Shown: piece by piece, positions 61,493-64,000 of the stretch
Layout of the letters: each line of letters begins with the position of its first letter
Numbering within the stretch: the stretch's first letter is position 1
Assembly (NCBI RefSeq): GCF_009914755.1
Contig: NC_060943.1
DNA from: the human T2T-CHM13v2.0 reference genome, Homo sapiens
Direction: 5' to 3' (one strand)
DNA: 64,000 nt
The notes under the pieces: generated by a model
Database searches by the model: none
Told to the model about the DNA's origin: nothing
What the model saw: the letters and a program-made list of their open reading frames with translations, nothing else
Translations under genes and position numbers: made by a program

Positions 61493-61939
61493 TAGACATG
61501 TTTTCTCTCTCACGCTCCTATGTTCTCATTTTACAGATGAGAAAGCTATGTTCAGGGAGCTTGGGCCACTGTCCAAAGCCATGCAGCTGTTTGGCCGTGG
61601 ACTTGGTTGTTGAATCCAGGAATTCAGCTTTTAGAATTAACCTCTTGTCTGTGTTGAGAGGCAAATGGTTCGTAAAGTATTTTCACTCAAAACGCTTAGC
61701 CTCCCTACGGTGCCAAATACTATAACAGGCAAAAAGAGTGTCCCGGGGGTTGACCAAGGTCCATCTGGCTGGAGCTTCTCATGCCCCTAAATGGTCTTAT
61801 GGCCAGTCCCAGGTGCACTGTGGAAGTCTCAAAAGTAGACATTTAACATGCAACTTTAAGCTGCTGTCCTGTTATTGGACCACAGTCCCTCTAATTTTTT
61901 AAAATAAATCCTGTAATTGCTTCGTGGAAAGAACAATTA

Positions 61940-62353
<414 letters not shown>

Positions 62354-62496
62354 TCAAATATGCCATGAAATCCTATTTGGAGGCATTTCTTCATGTTGTA
62401 CCACACATGAGAAAGCATCAAAAAACAATTGGTGGCCAGGTGAGGTGGCTCACGCCTGTCATCCCAGCACTTTGGGAGGCCGAGGCGGGCGGATCA

Positions 62497-63525
<1,029 letters not shown>

Positions 63526-63558
63526 TTCTCTTTATTTATTTTTATTTATTTATCTTAG

Positions 63559-63720
<162 letters not shown>

Positions 63721-64000
63721 TAGAGATGTGCTATGTTTCCCAGGCTGGTCTCGAATTCCTGGGTTCAAGCAATCCTCCCACCTCAGCCTCCCAAAGTGCT
63801 GAGATTACAGGTGTGAGTCACCTTGCCCGGCCAAACCTGTCCTCTTTATTAAAAATGCATTTTATTGTATATATATTACACCTCGAATAAACTTTAAAAA
63901 TAAAGAATTCGGGTCACCAAAGATTTCTTTTTCATAATATAATTCATTGTTGTCAAAAAATGCCAGGGAATGGATCACCTTACAACTGCTAGAATAGCTA

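Overview
Human (primate) genomic DNA, extremely Alu-dense: by eye about 100 or more Alu copies and fragments, plus L1, L2, MIR, MLT/ERV LTR and DNA-transposon relics. The identifying landmark is the miR-7-3 hairpin at 44243-44352 (+). It lies in an intron of its host gene MIR7-3HG (PGSF1), which I place from memory on chr19p13.3 between DPP9 and FEM1A; neither neighbour's coding sequence is visible here. The host gene can be rebuilt from the sequence: CCAAT and TATA promoter at about 42.6-42.7 kb, a three-exon 128-codon putative ORF (42807-42924, 43203-43330, 45737-45877), and an L2-derived last exon with AATAAA signals. No other credible protein-coding gene is present; nearly all ORF-track entries are Alu or microsatellite read-through. 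The most notable unexplained structure is regulatory or structural: (1) four REST/RE1 sites packed into about 180 bp, three of whose left half-sites double as candidate 3' splice sites; (2) a perfect 8-unit heat-shock element about 6 kb upstream of the host promoter; (3) an RFX/E-box/CCAAT/homeodomain CpG-rich element at 33.4 kb and several homeodomain-motif clusters; (4) a near-identical inverted duplication of a nested Alu composite at 11.7-13.1 kb; (5) an Alu flanked by a direct repeat of about 90-100 bp. Repeat-family names and binding-site functions are by-eye calls, not database results.
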